Of a stretch of 59,431 bases of DNA, positions 1 to 10,095 are shown piece by piece. The position numbers were made by a program, and so were the translations under genes. This DNA comes from a virus (taxonomy: Duplodnaviria > Caudoviricetes), in IMG/VR virus record IMGVR_UViG_3300014962_000006, positions 1 through 59,431 of that record. One strand, 5' to 3'. The notes beneath the pieces were generated by a model. It was given only the letters and a program-made list of their open reading frames with translations. It was not told where the DNA came from and made no database searches. Positions within the stretch are counted from its first letter, which is position 1, and every line of letters starts with the position of its first letter.

Positions 1-84
1 TCGAGGAGAAGAGGAACCAGTATGACGTCTTCGTTATCGTGGCGCCGACGGCCTTTGGTAAGAGTGCCATGGCGAAGACCCTGC
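1..84. repeat. Terminal overlap with 59348..59431 (circular assembly)
   Basis: 84 nt identical to the last 84 nt except position 12 (A vs T); the helicase ORF reads through the join. Confidence 0.95.
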
Positions 85-1367
85 TGAAAGCAGGATATTC
101 AGCTAGCTACATCAATCCCACGAATCAATTGGTGGACCAGTTCCTATCTACCTTTCCCGATACGCCGACACTAAGGCGGTTGGACAGCTATTGGTGCGAG
201 GATAGTCAACTCCCCTGTGCGAAGGTAAGGGCCATCAAGAAGGGTTTCTGTAAGGGATGTTCCTGCGGAACACAACTCGCCCAAGCGAAGTACCGCCGTG
301 GTCCAGGGGTGTATACCTATCACGCCTACTTGGCTCACCGCCTCTACCGGGATGTCTTAATAGTTGATGAGGCCCACCAGCTCATCCCCACCCTCCGCAG
401 TATGGGGGAAGTAGTTTTGTGGCGCCACGATTATCTTTACCCCCTGTCGGCCTATCGGCCTTCTGATTTGCTTCAGTGGGCCGAGCGACTCCCGCCCCGT
501 AAAAAGAAGACCGTCAAGGTGGAGAAACTCTTGGAAACCCTGAAGAGTAGGCATCCCGCTTACAGCGTAAGCCGTGCGGTACGGGAGTTCAATGGGAAGG
601 GAACGCGCCGAGGGGAACCAGAGGAACGGGACTGTATTGTGTTGACTCCATTAGAGGTCGGTAATGAAGCCCGACGGCTGTGGCCGTCGGATGTCAAGAA
701 GGTCATCTTGTTGTCGGCTACCATCGGACCTAAAGATGTGGAGACACTTGGCCTCTCGGGCAAACGGGTAGCATACTTGCATAGCCCGAGCCCGATTCCG
801 CCGGATAGACGTCCCTTTGTCGTGGACGATATCATCTCTGTTAATCGTGCCAATATGGAGCGGGCAGTTGGCGTGATAGCCGATTACATAAACACCAACC
901 TCCTCACGCGACACCAAGGTGAAAGAGGTCTGGTTCACGCCACCTATCAAATGGCCGACATGTTGAGAACGAAGTTAGTTGACAAACGATTCATCTTCCA
1001 TACCAGGGAGAATAAGAAGGCCAAGTATCAAGAATACTTGGATAGCAAGGACGGAGTCCTTGTTGCATGTGGTATGTATGAGGGCGTGGATTTACCGGAT
1101 GACTTAGGCCGTTGGCAAGTGATAACCAAGATTCCGTGGCCCAGTCTTGGCGACCCTGCTATAGCAGCACTCGCCGAGCGTGACCCCGAGTGGTATTTGT
1201 GGGAGACAGCGAAGACTGTCATCCAGGCTGGGGGCCGGGTATCCCGGCACGAGAATGATTACGGAGTTACGTATTGCTTGGATAGTAGTTTTATGAGACT
1301 CTATTCCGAAGGGCAGCATCTCTTGCCCCATTGGTTCCTGGATTGCCTTGTCGATGGGAGAGCGTGA
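39..1367 (+). CDS. DinG/XPD-like SF2 helicase (3' part; true start at 59281 across the join)
   Basis: Walker A APTAFGKS, Cys cluster (C..C..C..C), VDEAH, LSAT, EGVDLP, QAGGRVSRHENDYG..CLDS. Confidence 0.9.
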   Translation: MAPTAFGKSAMAKTLLKAGYSASYINPTNQLVDQFLSTFPDTPTLRRLDSYWCEDSQLPCAKVRAIKKGFCKGCSCGTQLAQAKYRRGPGVYTYHAYLAHRLYRDVLIVDEAHQLIPTLRSMGEVVLWRHDYLYPLSAYRPSDLLQWAERLPPRKKKTVKVEKLLETLKSRHPAYSVSRAVREFNGKGTRRGEPEERDCIVLTPLEVGNEARRLWPSDVKKVILLSATIGPKDVETLGLSGKRVAYLHSPSPIPPDRRPFVVDDIISVNRANMERAVGVIADYINTNLLTRHQGERGLVHATYQMADMLRTKLVDKRFIFHTRENKKAKYQEYLDSKDGVLVACGMYEGVDLPDDLGRWQVITKIPWPSLGDPAIAALAERDPEWYLWETAKTVIQAGGRVSRHENDYGVTYCLDSSFMRLYSEGQHLLPHWFLDCLVDGRA

Positions 1368-1906
1368 TGCGGTGGGAAATAATCATGGAAACAGTAACCG
1401 GCGGAACCATCATGATTTGTCCTAATGAGGGCAAAGTTTATGGCGCACTGCAACGTGACGGAACACGCAAGGAAATTGGACTGGGTAAAAAAAATGGGTA
1501 CCATACCCTTAACCGGGACCGGTATTATGAATCGTTTCGGTCGCGCCTAATTTGGTTGGCCGTACACGGAACTATTCCCCCAGACACGCAAATTAACCAT
1601 CTCAATCACAAGCGAGATGATGACCGAATCACTAACTTAGAATTAGTTACTCCCCAACAAAACTCGGCATATACTCGGAAACGTGGCGGAACCAACACTC
1701 CATTTAAAGGAGTGTACTGTAATCCTCCTAACAGGATTAAGAGTCCGTACAAAGCTGAGATTGCTTGCGATAATAATAAAACAGTGTATATTGGTAGCTT
1801 TGCCACGGCGGAAGAAGCAGCTCTGGCATACGACGCAGCAGCTCGCGAGTGGTTTGGTAGACACGCAGTCCTCAACTTTCCCGACACTGACAAGGAAGTC
1901 CCATGA
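1367..1906 (+). CDS. HNH endonuclease with C-terminal AP2 DNA-binding domain
   Basis: INHLNHKRDDDRITNL HNH motif; FKGV...YIGSFATAEEAALAYDAAAREWFG..A.LNFP AP2 signature; ATG overlaps helicase TGA. Confidence 0.9.
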   Translation: MRWEIIMETVTGGTIMICPNEGKVYGALQRDGTRKEIGLGKKNGYHTLNRDRYYESFRSRLIWLAVHGTIPPDTQINHLNHKRDDDRITNLELVTPQQNSAYTRKRGGTNTPFKGVYCNPPNRIKSPYKAEIACDNNKTVYIGSFATAEEAALAYDAAAREWFGRHAVLNFPDTDKEVP

Positions 1907-2418
1907 AAAAGAGTAAGACATTCAGCATGTCCGCTCAGTTGAAAAAAGGCAAGAAAGCTGAGAAGGACTTCCTGGAACGGTATGGTCAAGGAGCTATCGT
2001 CAGGACGGATGGCCGGAAGGGTGACCTTCAAGTGAAATGGTCTCGCGCCGTTATCGAACTCAAGACGGACTTTTATAGTAAGAGTACCAACCTCTTCATG
2101 GAGAGGTGGTCCGTAACCCCCACGCCTGAGAAGCCTGACGGAAAAGTGGGGGGACCCTGGCAAAGCATTGCCCATGGGGCAAGCTATTATCTCTACTGGT
2201 TTCCGGATAGGGATGAGCTATTTGTTTTCCGTACGGCCGCCTTAGTGGAGTACCTCGAGGCAAATCTGACGGCCTTCCGCCCCTGTCCCGTGAGGAATAA
2301 AGGCTATACCACACTAGGTTATATCGTGCCCAAAGAAAAATTGCTAAAGTTCCATGAGGAAAATCCCGATAAGAAACTGCTCGTCCCACTGGACGATGTG
2401 ATATTCTTTAGGAGTTAA
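1903..2418 (+). CDS. PD-(D/E)XK-like nuclease-fold protein
   Basis: E...GDL...IELKTD...NLFME pattern. Confidence 0.6.
   Translation: MKKSKTFSMSAQLKKGKKAEKDFLERYGQGAIVRTDGRKGDLQVKWSRAVIELKTDFYSKSTNLFMERWSVTPTPEKPDGKVGGPWQSIAHGASYYLYWFPDRDELFVFRTAALVEYLEANLTAFRPCPVRNKGYTTLGYIVPKEKLLKFHEENPDKKLLVPLDDVIFFRS
2345..2372 (+). promoter_or_regulatory. Putative sigma28 (FliA) promoter
   Basis: cTAAAGTT, TAAA-N16-CCCGATAA, 48 nt upstream of the DUF5664 gene. Confidence 0.55.
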
Positions 2419-2419
2419 T

Positions 2420-2881
2420 ATGGATACGGACGATTTCGAATGGGAAATGACAAAGAAGAAATACAACTTCAAAGACTGTCCCCTCCCACCCAGTGACCTC
2501 TTTGCTGGGGTATTGGAAGTGATGGAAAATCCCCTCCAGCATATGAAGCATCATCCCGAAACTGATGCTGGGGGAGGAGTTAAGCACGACCAAGGTAAGC
2601 CTGATTTGAGTTTAGTGCCCACCATCGCCCTCGAGTTGGAAGCGAGAGCTCTCATGTTTGGAGAAGGAAAGTATGGCCGATACAACTACACTCAAGGCTT
2701 CGAAGTATCCCGGTTACTTGCCGCAGCACTACGCCACATTCTCGCCTACCGGGACAATCAAGACCACGACCCTGAGTCAGGGATACATCATTTGGGACAT
2801 GCTCGTGCTTGCCTTGCCATGCTTCTCCATTGTGAACAACTGGGAACCTTACGTGATAACCGGTACAAAGGGGGAAAATAA
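2420..2881 (+). CDS. dATP/dGTP diphosphohydrolase-like (DUF5664) protein
   Basis: GVKHDQGKPDLSLVP...FGEGKYGRYNY...ALRH...DPESGIHHLGHARACL; SD AGGAG. Confidence 0.85.
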   Translation: MDTDDFEWEMTKKKYNFKDCPLPPSDLFAGVLEVMENPLQHMKHHPETDAGGGVKHDQGKPDLSLVPTIALELEARALMFGEGKYGRYNYTQGFEVSRLLAAALRHILAYRDNQDHDPESGIHHLGHARACLAMLLHCEQLGTLRDNRYKGGK

Positions 2882-3126
2882 TGAAACGATATGAATTTTT
2901 GATTGCCGAACAAAACAGATTACACTTAGCATCTTTACATAATTTGGGGGACGGGCAATTTTGCGCTTCTTGGGAGCCGGAAGGTTTGTGGTTACCGGCC
3001 ACTTCTTGTAGCCTATCTCCAGAAAATGCTAAAAGATTAGCCGATTGGATATACTACATGTTAGAAGAGTATGATGGGGAACTTAAACTAAGTAAGGAGG
3101 TTACTAATGGGCCTGATGAGTATTGA
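2881..3126 (+). CDS. hypothetical protein
   Basis: Translationally coupled ORF in the operon. Confidence 0.6.
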   Translation: MKRYEFLIAEQNRLHLASLHNLGDGQFCASWEPEGLWLPATSCSLSPENAKRLADWIYYMLEEYDGELKLSKEVTNGPDEY

Positions 3127-3439
3127 CACACTTTGCGACATCTGCGCTAACCGCACTGACCAGTTAGTTGACAGAGACCTGGCCAGTAACTGGGACACCC
3201 TTTACACTTGCGATAACTGTGGGGAGAGGGGAGTTCGCCGAGTTTGGTCTTTGCCCAATACTACTAAGGAGAGTTACCCTGATGGATACAAACGGGGTGG
3301 TGATTACGCCTTACTAAAAGAATCAGCTAAGGTAGAGAAGCAAGCCGCTTCAGCCAAAGGGGAAACGAAGAAGGAATTACTAAAAGCGGCTGCCGAAATG
3401 AGAACCGCATCCCGAAAAGAGAAAGGGAAGACGAGGTGA
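3107..3439 (+). CDS. Zinc-ribbon (FmdB-like) protein
   Basis: CxxC...CxxCG..VRRVWS; SD AAGGAGG. Confidence 0.65.
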   Translation: MGLMSIDTLCDICANRTDQLVDRDLASNWDTLYTCDNCGERGVRRVWSLPNTTKESYPDGYKRGGDYALLKESAKVEKQAASAKGETKKELLKAAAEMRTASRKEKGKTR

Positions 3440-3563
3440 CGCTCAAACTCCTGGTGAGTAAGACAGGGAAAGTATACGCAGCTGGTCCCCGTCCCATACA
3501 AAAGAGAACCAATACCGAAATCATCAACTCCATAAAGGAGCTATCGTTAAAGGAGAAAGCAAG

Positions 3564-3962
3564 ATGGATAGCGTTTTTCTTAATTTGATAAGGGGCAATA
3601 GGGTTACTGCCTACATGGGCCTCATGACACCAAACGGTAACCAGAACTTGAAGTTTGGCCCAGGCTACCAGTACGTGGAGATACCCCTGAAATGTTTCAG
3701 GAAGGATGATGGAACGGAGCTAGACAAAGCTAGCCCGAACCAACATATTGAGGTTGTACCTGATTGTACAATTAAAGTTAGGGGAGGTCAAGCGGTAATG
3801 GTACATTACAATCCCGCCTTCCAAGCAGTGGGTACCATGGCAGGGAGTCACATCGTGTGGCCCGGGGGTGAGGAACACACACCCGGCTTTCACGTGTCAT
3901 TTCGAAAGGGTATATCGGCTAGTGATATTGAGTGGGCAGTCCGCCTCTCTTTACTAGCCTAA
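3564..3962 (+). CDS. hypothetical beta-rich protein
   Basis: SD AAGGAG, 132 aa ORF. Confidence 0.7.
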   Translation: MDSVFLNLIRGNRVTAYMGLMTPNGNQNLKFGPGYQYVEIPLKCFRKDDGTELDKASPNQHIEVVPDCTIKVRGGQAVMVHYNPAFQAVGTMAGSHIVWPGGEEHTPGFHVSFRKGISASDIEWAVRLSLLA

Positions 3963-3995
3963 TCATCACAACTCTGGTATAATAGGAGACAGGAC

Positions 3996-4196
3996 ATGGA
4001 CATTAGTTTAGCGTTAGCAGAAATTAAACGAGCCATAGCAGAAGAGAAACTCAAATTAGATTACACACTTAGGGGAGCAGAGCTACTAGCTGACCTGCTC
4101 AATAAAGCAAATGAAGCAAGAGAAGCCGAAACAATCGAACGTGGTGAGCCTGGACTGGAAACGGCGCCAGGCACAGGCTCGCGAAACCCAATATAG
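3996..4196 (+). CDS. hypothetical protein
   Basis: SD AGGA; extended -10 TGGTATAAT at ~3975-3983. Confidence 0.55.
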   Translation: MDISLALAEIKRAIAEEKLKLDYTLRGAELLADLLNKANEAREAETIERGEPGLETAPGTGSRNPI

Positions 4197-4356
4197 TAAA
4201 TACAGGGACAAGTCTTTAGAGGGGCGGATAGCCGCCCTCGAAGAGGAACTAGACCGAGTCATCGGGGTCTTAGTAGATACCACTGAGCTGGCGGAAAGTA
4301 ACAGGGACCACCTGTTAACTCTCCTCCGCCGACTCAAGGAACACAAATACCTTTAG
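4111..4356 (+). CDS. hypothetical coiled-coil protein
   Basis: NVVSLDW N-terminus and heptad pattern; last plus-strand gene before convergence. Confidence 0.6.
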   Translation: MKQEKPKQSNVVSLDWKRRQAQARETQYSKYRDKSLEGRIAALEEELDRVIGVLVDTTELAESNRDHLLTLLRRLKEHKYL

Positions 4357-4616
4357 AAGACTGACTTGAATCCTTTTTTGAATTGGTCAACTTTACTCGG
4401 CTCCAGCTTGGGGCCCTTTCTTTTTTTCTCTTGTTCTTCGGGGGATTCGAGTTCATACTCGGGCGATTCAACTTCGGGTTCGGAATCTTCCCCATCGGAA
4501 CCAATAAGTGAGTCAAACATTGATTCCATTTTCTCTTCCCGCTCCGGGAGACCTTTTTGTCTTAGCCGTTGCAAGATACCAAGTGATGTCTGTCTCTTCT
4601 TACTTTCCGTCATCAT
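4353..4616 (-). CDS. hypothetical charged protein
   Basis: Coupled ORF at the end of the late operon. Confidence 0.6.
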   Translation of the reverse strand: MMTESKKRQTSLGILQRLRQKGLPEREEKMESMFDSLIGSDGEDSEPEVESPEYELESPEEQEKKRKGPKLEPSKVDQFKKGFKSVF

Positions 4617-4827
4617 GCTTTTCTTCCTTCTCCAAAGTTTCCCAACCCCAAGCTTCTTTAGCAGCAGCTAAGAGTTTATCATCTAAATCAGATTGTGTCC
4701 TCGTTACTAGTTTCTCGAGACCATGAATAATGGCTACCTTGAGAAACTTCTCTGTAAAGAGGGCAGTGAACATCGACAAGAGTACCTTGCCCAAAGCTGT
4801 TAACATTATTGATAATACTACTGGCAT
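4600..4827 (-). CDS. small membrane protein, possible holin
   Basis: N-terminal hydrophobic helix, charged C-terminus; start refined to MPVVLS. Confidence 0.5.
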   Translation of the reverse strand: MPVVLSIMLTALGKVLLSMFTALFTEKFLKVAIIHGLEKLVTRTQSDLDDKLLAAAKEAWGWETLEKEEKHDDGK

Positions 4828-4832
4828 GTTAT

Positions 4833-7800
4833 TTACTTCTCCCAAGGTGCGGGGGGTTTTTCCCCAGTCACATATGTTGGTATATCTTGCATCAAGATTC
4901 GGTAAAGATACCCACCCGGTGCAAAGGTTGTCAAGGCTTTCATCCCACCTTTAGTAAGCTGTTCCGAATCTCCGTTATAGACAGGCTTCACCACCCCGTT
5001 AAAGAGTGCATCGATAACAGGTGGAGTAAACATTCCTTTCTCGGTTGGAGCCCCGAGACCGGCAGCAGAAAGTAATCCTCCCACCGATTCAATGGGTGCC
5101 ATACTCCTAACACCGCCCGCTCCCAATATCTTCTTAGCTCGGTCTCCTACTTCTTTCATGTCGGGGTCCCGTTCCCAATCGCCCGTAGCAATCTTGTACA
5201 AGGTGACATCGACCGCAGCAGCAAGGAGCCATATTGCGGCGTACTTTTCCACCACCCGTGGCAGACCCTTCTGAATTCCCTTAGTCCTAATTTCAGCAGC
5301 AATATCACCAGCGGTAGCTAGTGGCCACTTGGTGAAGGTAGAAAAGAAGGGACCAGCCACTACCCCTAGTTCCGACATCGCGGCCCTGTTATATTGGTAC
5401 TGGGTCACTGATGTAAGATATGATTCGAGTATCTTTTGTTGGGCTTCCCTATTGCCTTGATTTTCTACAAGGGTGCGGCGAATAGATGTAGGCATCTTAT
5501 TGACTGCCTTAAACGCGGCGGAACTACCGGCTGTAATATCGTCCAGTATCCGACTAGCCATATTCCTAGTCACGGCAATGTTGAGAGTGTTCATCTTGCC
5601 GTAAGACCACATGGCTGCATCGGACATCGTTCTCAAGGCTTTAGCTGGGGTATTGTAGAGGAGTGTCTGTTCCGCTGAGCTAGCCAAACTTTCACTAGCT
5701 TCCCGTAAAAAAGACTTCGGTTCGAGGCCCCTCTCCGCTACTTCTTCCATTCTCACCCCAAGCTTCTTCCAATTTAGCATCACTTCCATCATGGACTTGA
5801 CAGCTGTTTCATAGCCGTATACCCCGCCCAGTTCCGGTGCATTCTTGAAAAGGACTTGAGTAAGCTGGGATAGGTGAGAACGGGGATTGAGTGCCAATAC
5901 ATTGGGATAGATATTATGTTGTAAGCTGGCCCCCAGTTCCGGAAGAAGTCTTAGCCCGTCCACGATTTTTTTTCTTTCCTCGGGGTTGGTAATTACTTTC
6001 TCCAGTCCCGCATCTAGACTTTTAGCTAGGGCAATCCTTGATTCGTTACCCAGTCTCGCCATGGAAAATTCCCGGATGCCGAGGTTGTCGGCAACAAACC
6101 GGCGGACAAACTCAGCTTCTGGTTTTGCTTTAATCTTATCTAAGTATGCAGCGTCAACTAACATATCCTTCAATGTGTTTCGGTAGTAAACATTCCGTAA
6201 GATATTCTCAGAATAGCGTCCCATTAATTTGAAGATATCCTTTTCCCTCAAGAAATCTGGGATGGCATCTTTACGTTGAAAAACAGTAGAGGCAGTAGTT
6301 TGGACTTTGGCTGATGCCCCACCACTAGAAGTGGCTATTTTAAGGGCGGACAATAATTGGGGACCATTAGTAACGGGTGTATCAGAAAAGAGATTGACTC
6401 CCCTCCGTAGTTCATCAAGTGCGGGAATGGTATTACTCAAGTGGATAAAGTCACTAACGTTAGTGGTATCCTTTAATATCTCAATATCCCCCAAGTACCT
6501 TTCCACTTCAGCTAGTTTTTCATTGAAACGGATAGCAGTCTCGGCCGGTTCCACCGTCATGTGGGGTAGACCGAATCCCTCTTTCTTGGCTATATTAAGG
6601 GGGGTGATGCCTGGACCTTCAATGGTATTTCCCCGCCAGCGCATCGTATCAAAGAAGTCTCGAATATCTGTAGCAAGTTTTTGTTGCTCGGGGGGAAGGG
6701 TATCGTACTGTTCACTATCCATGGCACGAAAGAAGTTACTGCCCTTCGCATCCCTGACATCTTTTTTTACACCGATATCTTTAGCAGCCCCGTAAAGGTC
6801 ATTCATCCTTTTTTGGTAGTCGTGACGTTCTGCGGTAAGTAAGTTATTTTGTTCCATGAAACGCAAAAATTTCGGATAAAGTCTACCTCCTGCCCTCTCA
6901 TCAGCAACAATAAATCCGTATTGTCTATCCCCCATACCGTTAGCAATTTGTTTACCAACAGAAAAGGAACCTGGACCAATCTTAATATTGAGCTTATCTA
7001 GTGCAGATTCCCCAACTTCTATAGCCATCTTGCGGCGGAATTCATCTTTAAGGTAATCTTCTCCTAAAGCTTTAGCCCTATCTAATACCGCTTCTAGACT
7101 TTCCTTAGCAGATATATCTTCAGTTGGCTTCAAGCCTGGAACATCTTCAGCAATTTGGTTAGCAAATATCTTCTTTCTTTGGGCGGTGATTTCGTTTGCG
7201 ATTGCTAGCTCATCAGTCACTGCCTCTGGAATGGGCAAGTCTTTCTCTTCCGGTGCCCTTGTTTTTTTGTAGTCGTTTATTAATTTTTCTTTAAAAACAT
7301 CAACAGTGTCTGGCTTAAGCTGCTCTTCAATAATGAGGTTAGCTTCTTCCCTAGTCAGGGGGCGGTTATTGACAATAGCATCTGCCATAGCATCGGTGGA
7401 TTTTTCAACCTTACCATAAGCTTCTTTAGTTGCGGTCTCGATATCCGCTTCATTATTCTTGAAGAACTTAGTACTAATCTCTTTAGTTGTGGGGTCGATA
7501 TCTTTGGGTGTCCTAGCTTTGGCAATCCCGGCAGCAACCCCACCAAGAACCCCACCAATCGTAGCTCCTACTAGGGCAGACTCCTTTTCAGTTCCCTCTT
7601 TGGAACCGGCCACGCCGTATACTGTTCCCGTCCCGATAGCCTCTCCGGCTTGCTTTGCAATAGTAGGTGCCTTTAATGCCTCGCCTGTAGATGTGGCAAA
7701 TTTGATAAGCTTCCCAACTGGAGCAAAGTTCCACCCTACAAACTCTACCGCACCCATCCTACCTTCAGCCAGTTCCCTAGCCTCGTCAATGAAGCGGCGG

Positions 7801-8294
7801 ACATTGGGGTCATCGGTTGCTATCTTCTTAGCAACAAAGGCAGGCAAGTTACCCAACGCGTAATTGAGTCGGCCAGCGGCAACATCGGCAGCTTTACTAA
7901 GGGACATTTCTTCAAGGGGAGGCATAGCTCCAAGAAGGGGACCTAACGCGACCGCCGTCTCCTTATCAACTCCAGTTCCTTCAGCCAACGCTTCCAAGTC
8001 AGAGGCTGGTGTTGTCTTGGTGGAGAATACCCCACCCCTAGCTGCGACTGCACCGGGCCGTATTAAGTCACCAAGGCCGTATTCGTTTCGTTCCTTAGTC
8101 AGCTCTTGATATCGTTTGAGGCCGGGAGTAGAAGGAGGAGTTGGCTGTGCAGGACTAACAGCATACTGGGCAAAGGGGTCAGCTGCTTTCGGTGTGGGAG
8201 GAGCAACCGCAAATTCAGCAAAGGGGTCAGTGCCCGCTTCCACTTGGGGAGACGGCACTGCGTATGCTGCAAATGGGTCCTTACTATTCGCCAT
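4833..8294 (-). CDS. large internal virion (DNA ejection) protein
   Basis: 1153 aa, helical, N-terminal DPFA-x-(Y/F)AV repeats, Gly/Ala-rich hydrophobic segments; last of the ejection-type cluster. Confidence 0.65.
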   Translation of the reverse strand: MANSKDPFAAYAVPSPQVEAGTDPFAEFAVAPPTPKAADPFAQYAVSPAQPTPPSTPGLKRYQELTKERNEYGLGDLIRPGAVAARGGVFSTKTTPASDLEALAEGTGVDKETAVALGPLLGAMPPLEEMSLSKAADVAAGRLNYALGNLPAFVAKKIATDDPNVRRFIDEARELAEGRMGAVEFVGWNFAPVGKLIKFATSTGEALKAPTIAKQAGEAIGTGTVYGVAGSKEGTEKESALVGATIGGVLGGVAAGIAKARTPKDIDPTTKEISTKFFKNNEADIETATKEAYGKVEKSTDAMADAIVNNRPLTREEANLIIEEQLKPDTVDVFKEKLINDYKKTRAPEEKDLPIPEAVTDELAIANEITAQRKKIFANQIAEDVPGLKPTEDISAKESLEAVLDRAKALGEDYLKDEFRRKMAIEVGESALDKLNIKIGPGSFSVGKQIANGMGDRQYGFIVADERAGGRLYPKFLRFMEQNNLLTAERHDYQKRMNDLYGAAKDIGVKKDVRDAKGSNFFRAMDSEQYDTLPPEQQKLATDIRDFFDTMRWRGNTIEGPGITPLNIAKKEGFGLPHMTVEPAETAIRFNEKLAEVERYLGDIEILKDTTNVSDFIHLSNTIPALDELRRGVNLFSDTPVTNGPQLLSALKIATSSGGASAKVQTTASTVFQRKDAIPDFLREKDIFKLMGRYSENILRNVYYRNTLKDMLVDAAYLDKIKAKPEAEFVRRFVADNLGIREFSMARLGNESRIALAKSLDAGLEKVITNPEERKKIVDGLRLLPELGASLQHNIYPNVLALNPRSHLSQLTQVLFKNAPELGGVYGYETAVKSMMEVMLNWKKLGVRMEEVAERGLEPKSFLREASESLASSAEQTLLYNTPAKALRTMSDAAMWSYGKMNTLNIAVTRNMASRILDDITAGSSAAFKAVNKMPTSIRRTLVENQGNREAQQKILESYLTSVTQYQYNRAAMSELGVVAGPFFSTFTKWPLATAGDIAAEIRTKGIQKGLPRVVEKYAAIWLLAAAVDVTLYKIATGDWERDPDMKEVGDRAKKILGAGGVRSMAPIESVGGLLSAAGLGAPTEKGMFTPPVIDALFNGVVKPVYNGDSEQLTKGGMKALTTFAPGGYLYRILMQDIPTYVTGEKPPAPWEK

Positions 8295-10093
8295 TACTTC
8301 CTCTTAGCACCGGCCGCTTCTAGCCTAGCCACTTCACTGGCCGGAACTTTTAGTAGCCGTCCATCCGGCGCTACCATATCTACAGTACCACCCCCAGCTG
8401 ATGTTGTCGAGGGTTGACTGGGAGGAGTAACCCCACCCAAGATTTCCTTTTGCTTCGCAATACTATTATCCCTTTGTTGGGTAAGTTTTGAAATTTCTTC
8501 ATTGAGTTGGGCAGCTCTGGCAGCAGCCGCCGCTTGAGCTTTTTCTTTATCAACGTTAACTCCACCCCACCAGCCCTTCTCTTCCATTTCCTCTTTTCGA
8601 ATATTGGCCCTAGCCAGAAAGTTATTGAGAGCTTTACCAAACTCGTCACTTTTTTCAGCCGTAGTAACTGCTGTAGCTGCTTGTAACTCGGCCTTCTTTT
8701 GGGCGAGAAGCGTATTGGTATTCTTGATGTCGGTATTTAACCAGGAGTAGAGTTGCTTACTTCCAGATTGTTGTGCGGATTTTTCTTCTTTGGCTCTCTT
8801 TTCAGCTGCTTTATTGGCTTCTGCTGCTTGCCGAAGCTGGTGGAGTTCTAAGCGGGTAGCCAAGTCCCTTTCTTGGGACGCCTTTCTTTCTTGTGCAGAA
8901 ACAGCTTGTTCCCCTAAACGGAGGACATTTTCCAAACCTTGCCGTTTTAATTCAGCTTCCTTGAGACCAAAACGTTCCTGTCTTTCCTTTTCCCGTTCCG
9001 CTGCCCGTTCTTGTTCCCCAATAATACCAGTCTCAGCTTCATAGGCGCGGAGAGCTTGACCGGTCCTAGCACCGTAGTCAATACTGGGTAGGGATAAGCC
9101 ACGATGGGCAACACCAGCACTGCCTGCTGCGTACGTTGCTAGTGCGTTAGTCAGATTCTGAGCAACTTCAAGCCACTCATTTCTATCGGCTTTTTCCTTG
9201 TAGGCTTGGTATGCCCTAGCCCTTGCTTGGATAAACTGATTCTTATCAGCTTCATTTATTTCGGGACTGGCTACTTGAACTTGCTTAATTTGGTCCAAGA
9301 CAGATAGTAAATCACCACGGGAAATATCCTTACCAGCCCGTAACTTATCTTCGAGTGTCTCACTTGACGCTTGTGCGGAGGCAGCAGTTTGTTGTGGTTT
9401 ACTTTTTGGTTGACGGACGGGCTCTGTCTGTGCCATCTTAGATTCGGAGGTACTTGGTACTTCCCCCCCAACAGAAGCCGGAGCAGGTGCTACCACTTGT
9501 TTCGGCTTTTCCACATCACTTTCCGTGGGCGCTTTTACAGTATCAATCTTTCCTGTCTTATCATCTCGTACTAAGTAATACCCGCTGGCGGTTGCCGCAC
9601 CAAGTACAGTTCCCACTCCGGCTGCCGTCTTCATTTTGCTGCCCGCTTTGGGAATAGCGGCTGCTGCTTCAGCAAGGTACTCAGAAGGTAAAGAAGAAGT
9701 GCCGGGTACTTTGGCTGGGGGAGCCTCGACTGATGCTAATGGGTAAGCTTCCCCGCTGGACATCTTTACTTCTGGTGGTTGGGCCACACCTTTGTATGGT
9801 TCTTGTATAGCAGTAACTACCGGTTTAGGTTCAGTTTCTTTGGCAAATTGCTGGACCAAATCATCCGAACTGAGTTTGGGATTTTCGGTAGCGGTCTTAG
9901 TTAAGGTTTCGATATCCGCTTTATAAACCGGGATGCCTTGTTCTTTAAGTTTAGTAATAGCAGCAAGTGCTTTTTCTTCTGCGCCAATTGATTCTTGAAT
10001 TGCTTTTTCGCCCATGGCGGCACCAAGCTTACTAGCTAAAGTGCCCTCACCTTTTGTTCCTACGGATTTTATTAACGACGATAGCATCCCCAT
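8294..10093 (-). CDS. internal virion/ejection protein
   Basis: Ala/Gln/Lys-rich coiled coil; C-terminal V.MVAPDGR...VPASEV...AAGAK motif. Confidence 0.6.
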   Translation of the reverse strand: MGMLSSLIKSVGTKGEGTLASKLGAAMGEKAIQESIGAEEKALAAITKLKEQGIPVYKADIETLTKTATENPKLSSDDLVQQFAKETEPKPVVTAIQEPYKGVAQPPEVKMSSGEAYPLASVEAPPAKVPGTSSLPSEYLAEAAAAIPKAGSKMKTAAGVGTVLGAATASGYYLVRDDKTGKIDTVKAPTESDVEKPKQVVAPAPASVGGEVPSTSESKMAQTEPVRQPKSKPQQTAASAQASSETLEDKLRAGKDISRGDLLSVLDQIKQVQVASPEINEADKNQFIQARARAYQAYKEKADRNEWLEVAQNLTNALATYAAGSAGVAHRGLSLPSIDYGARTGQALRAYEAETGIIGEQERAAEREKERQERFGLKEAELKRQGLENVLRLGEQAVSAQERKASQERDLATRLELHQLRQAAEANKAAEKRAKEEKSAQQSGSKQLYSWLNTDIKNTNTLLAQKKAELQAATAVTTAEKSDEFGKALNNFLARANIRKEEMEEKGWWGGVNVDKEKAQAAAAARAAQLNEEISKLTQQRDNSIAKQKEILGGVTPPSQPSTTSAGGGTVDMVAPDGRLLKVPASEVARLEAAGAKRK

Positions 10094-10095
10094 GG

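Noticed and set aside
1-84. Biological direct terminal repeat
   Set aside because: It falls inside the helicase ORF and has assembly-overlap size; the single mismatch near the contig edge is probably an error or strain variant
2420-2881. Z-genome (2-aminoadenine) or other base-substitution pathway
   Set aside because: DUF5664 is present, but I recognised no PurZ, DatZ/MazZ or 7-deazaguanine genes
3564-3962. dUTPase/dCTP deaminase
   Set aside because: Only a vague beta-rich resemblance; conserved motifs (RSG, GxIDxxYxG) are absent
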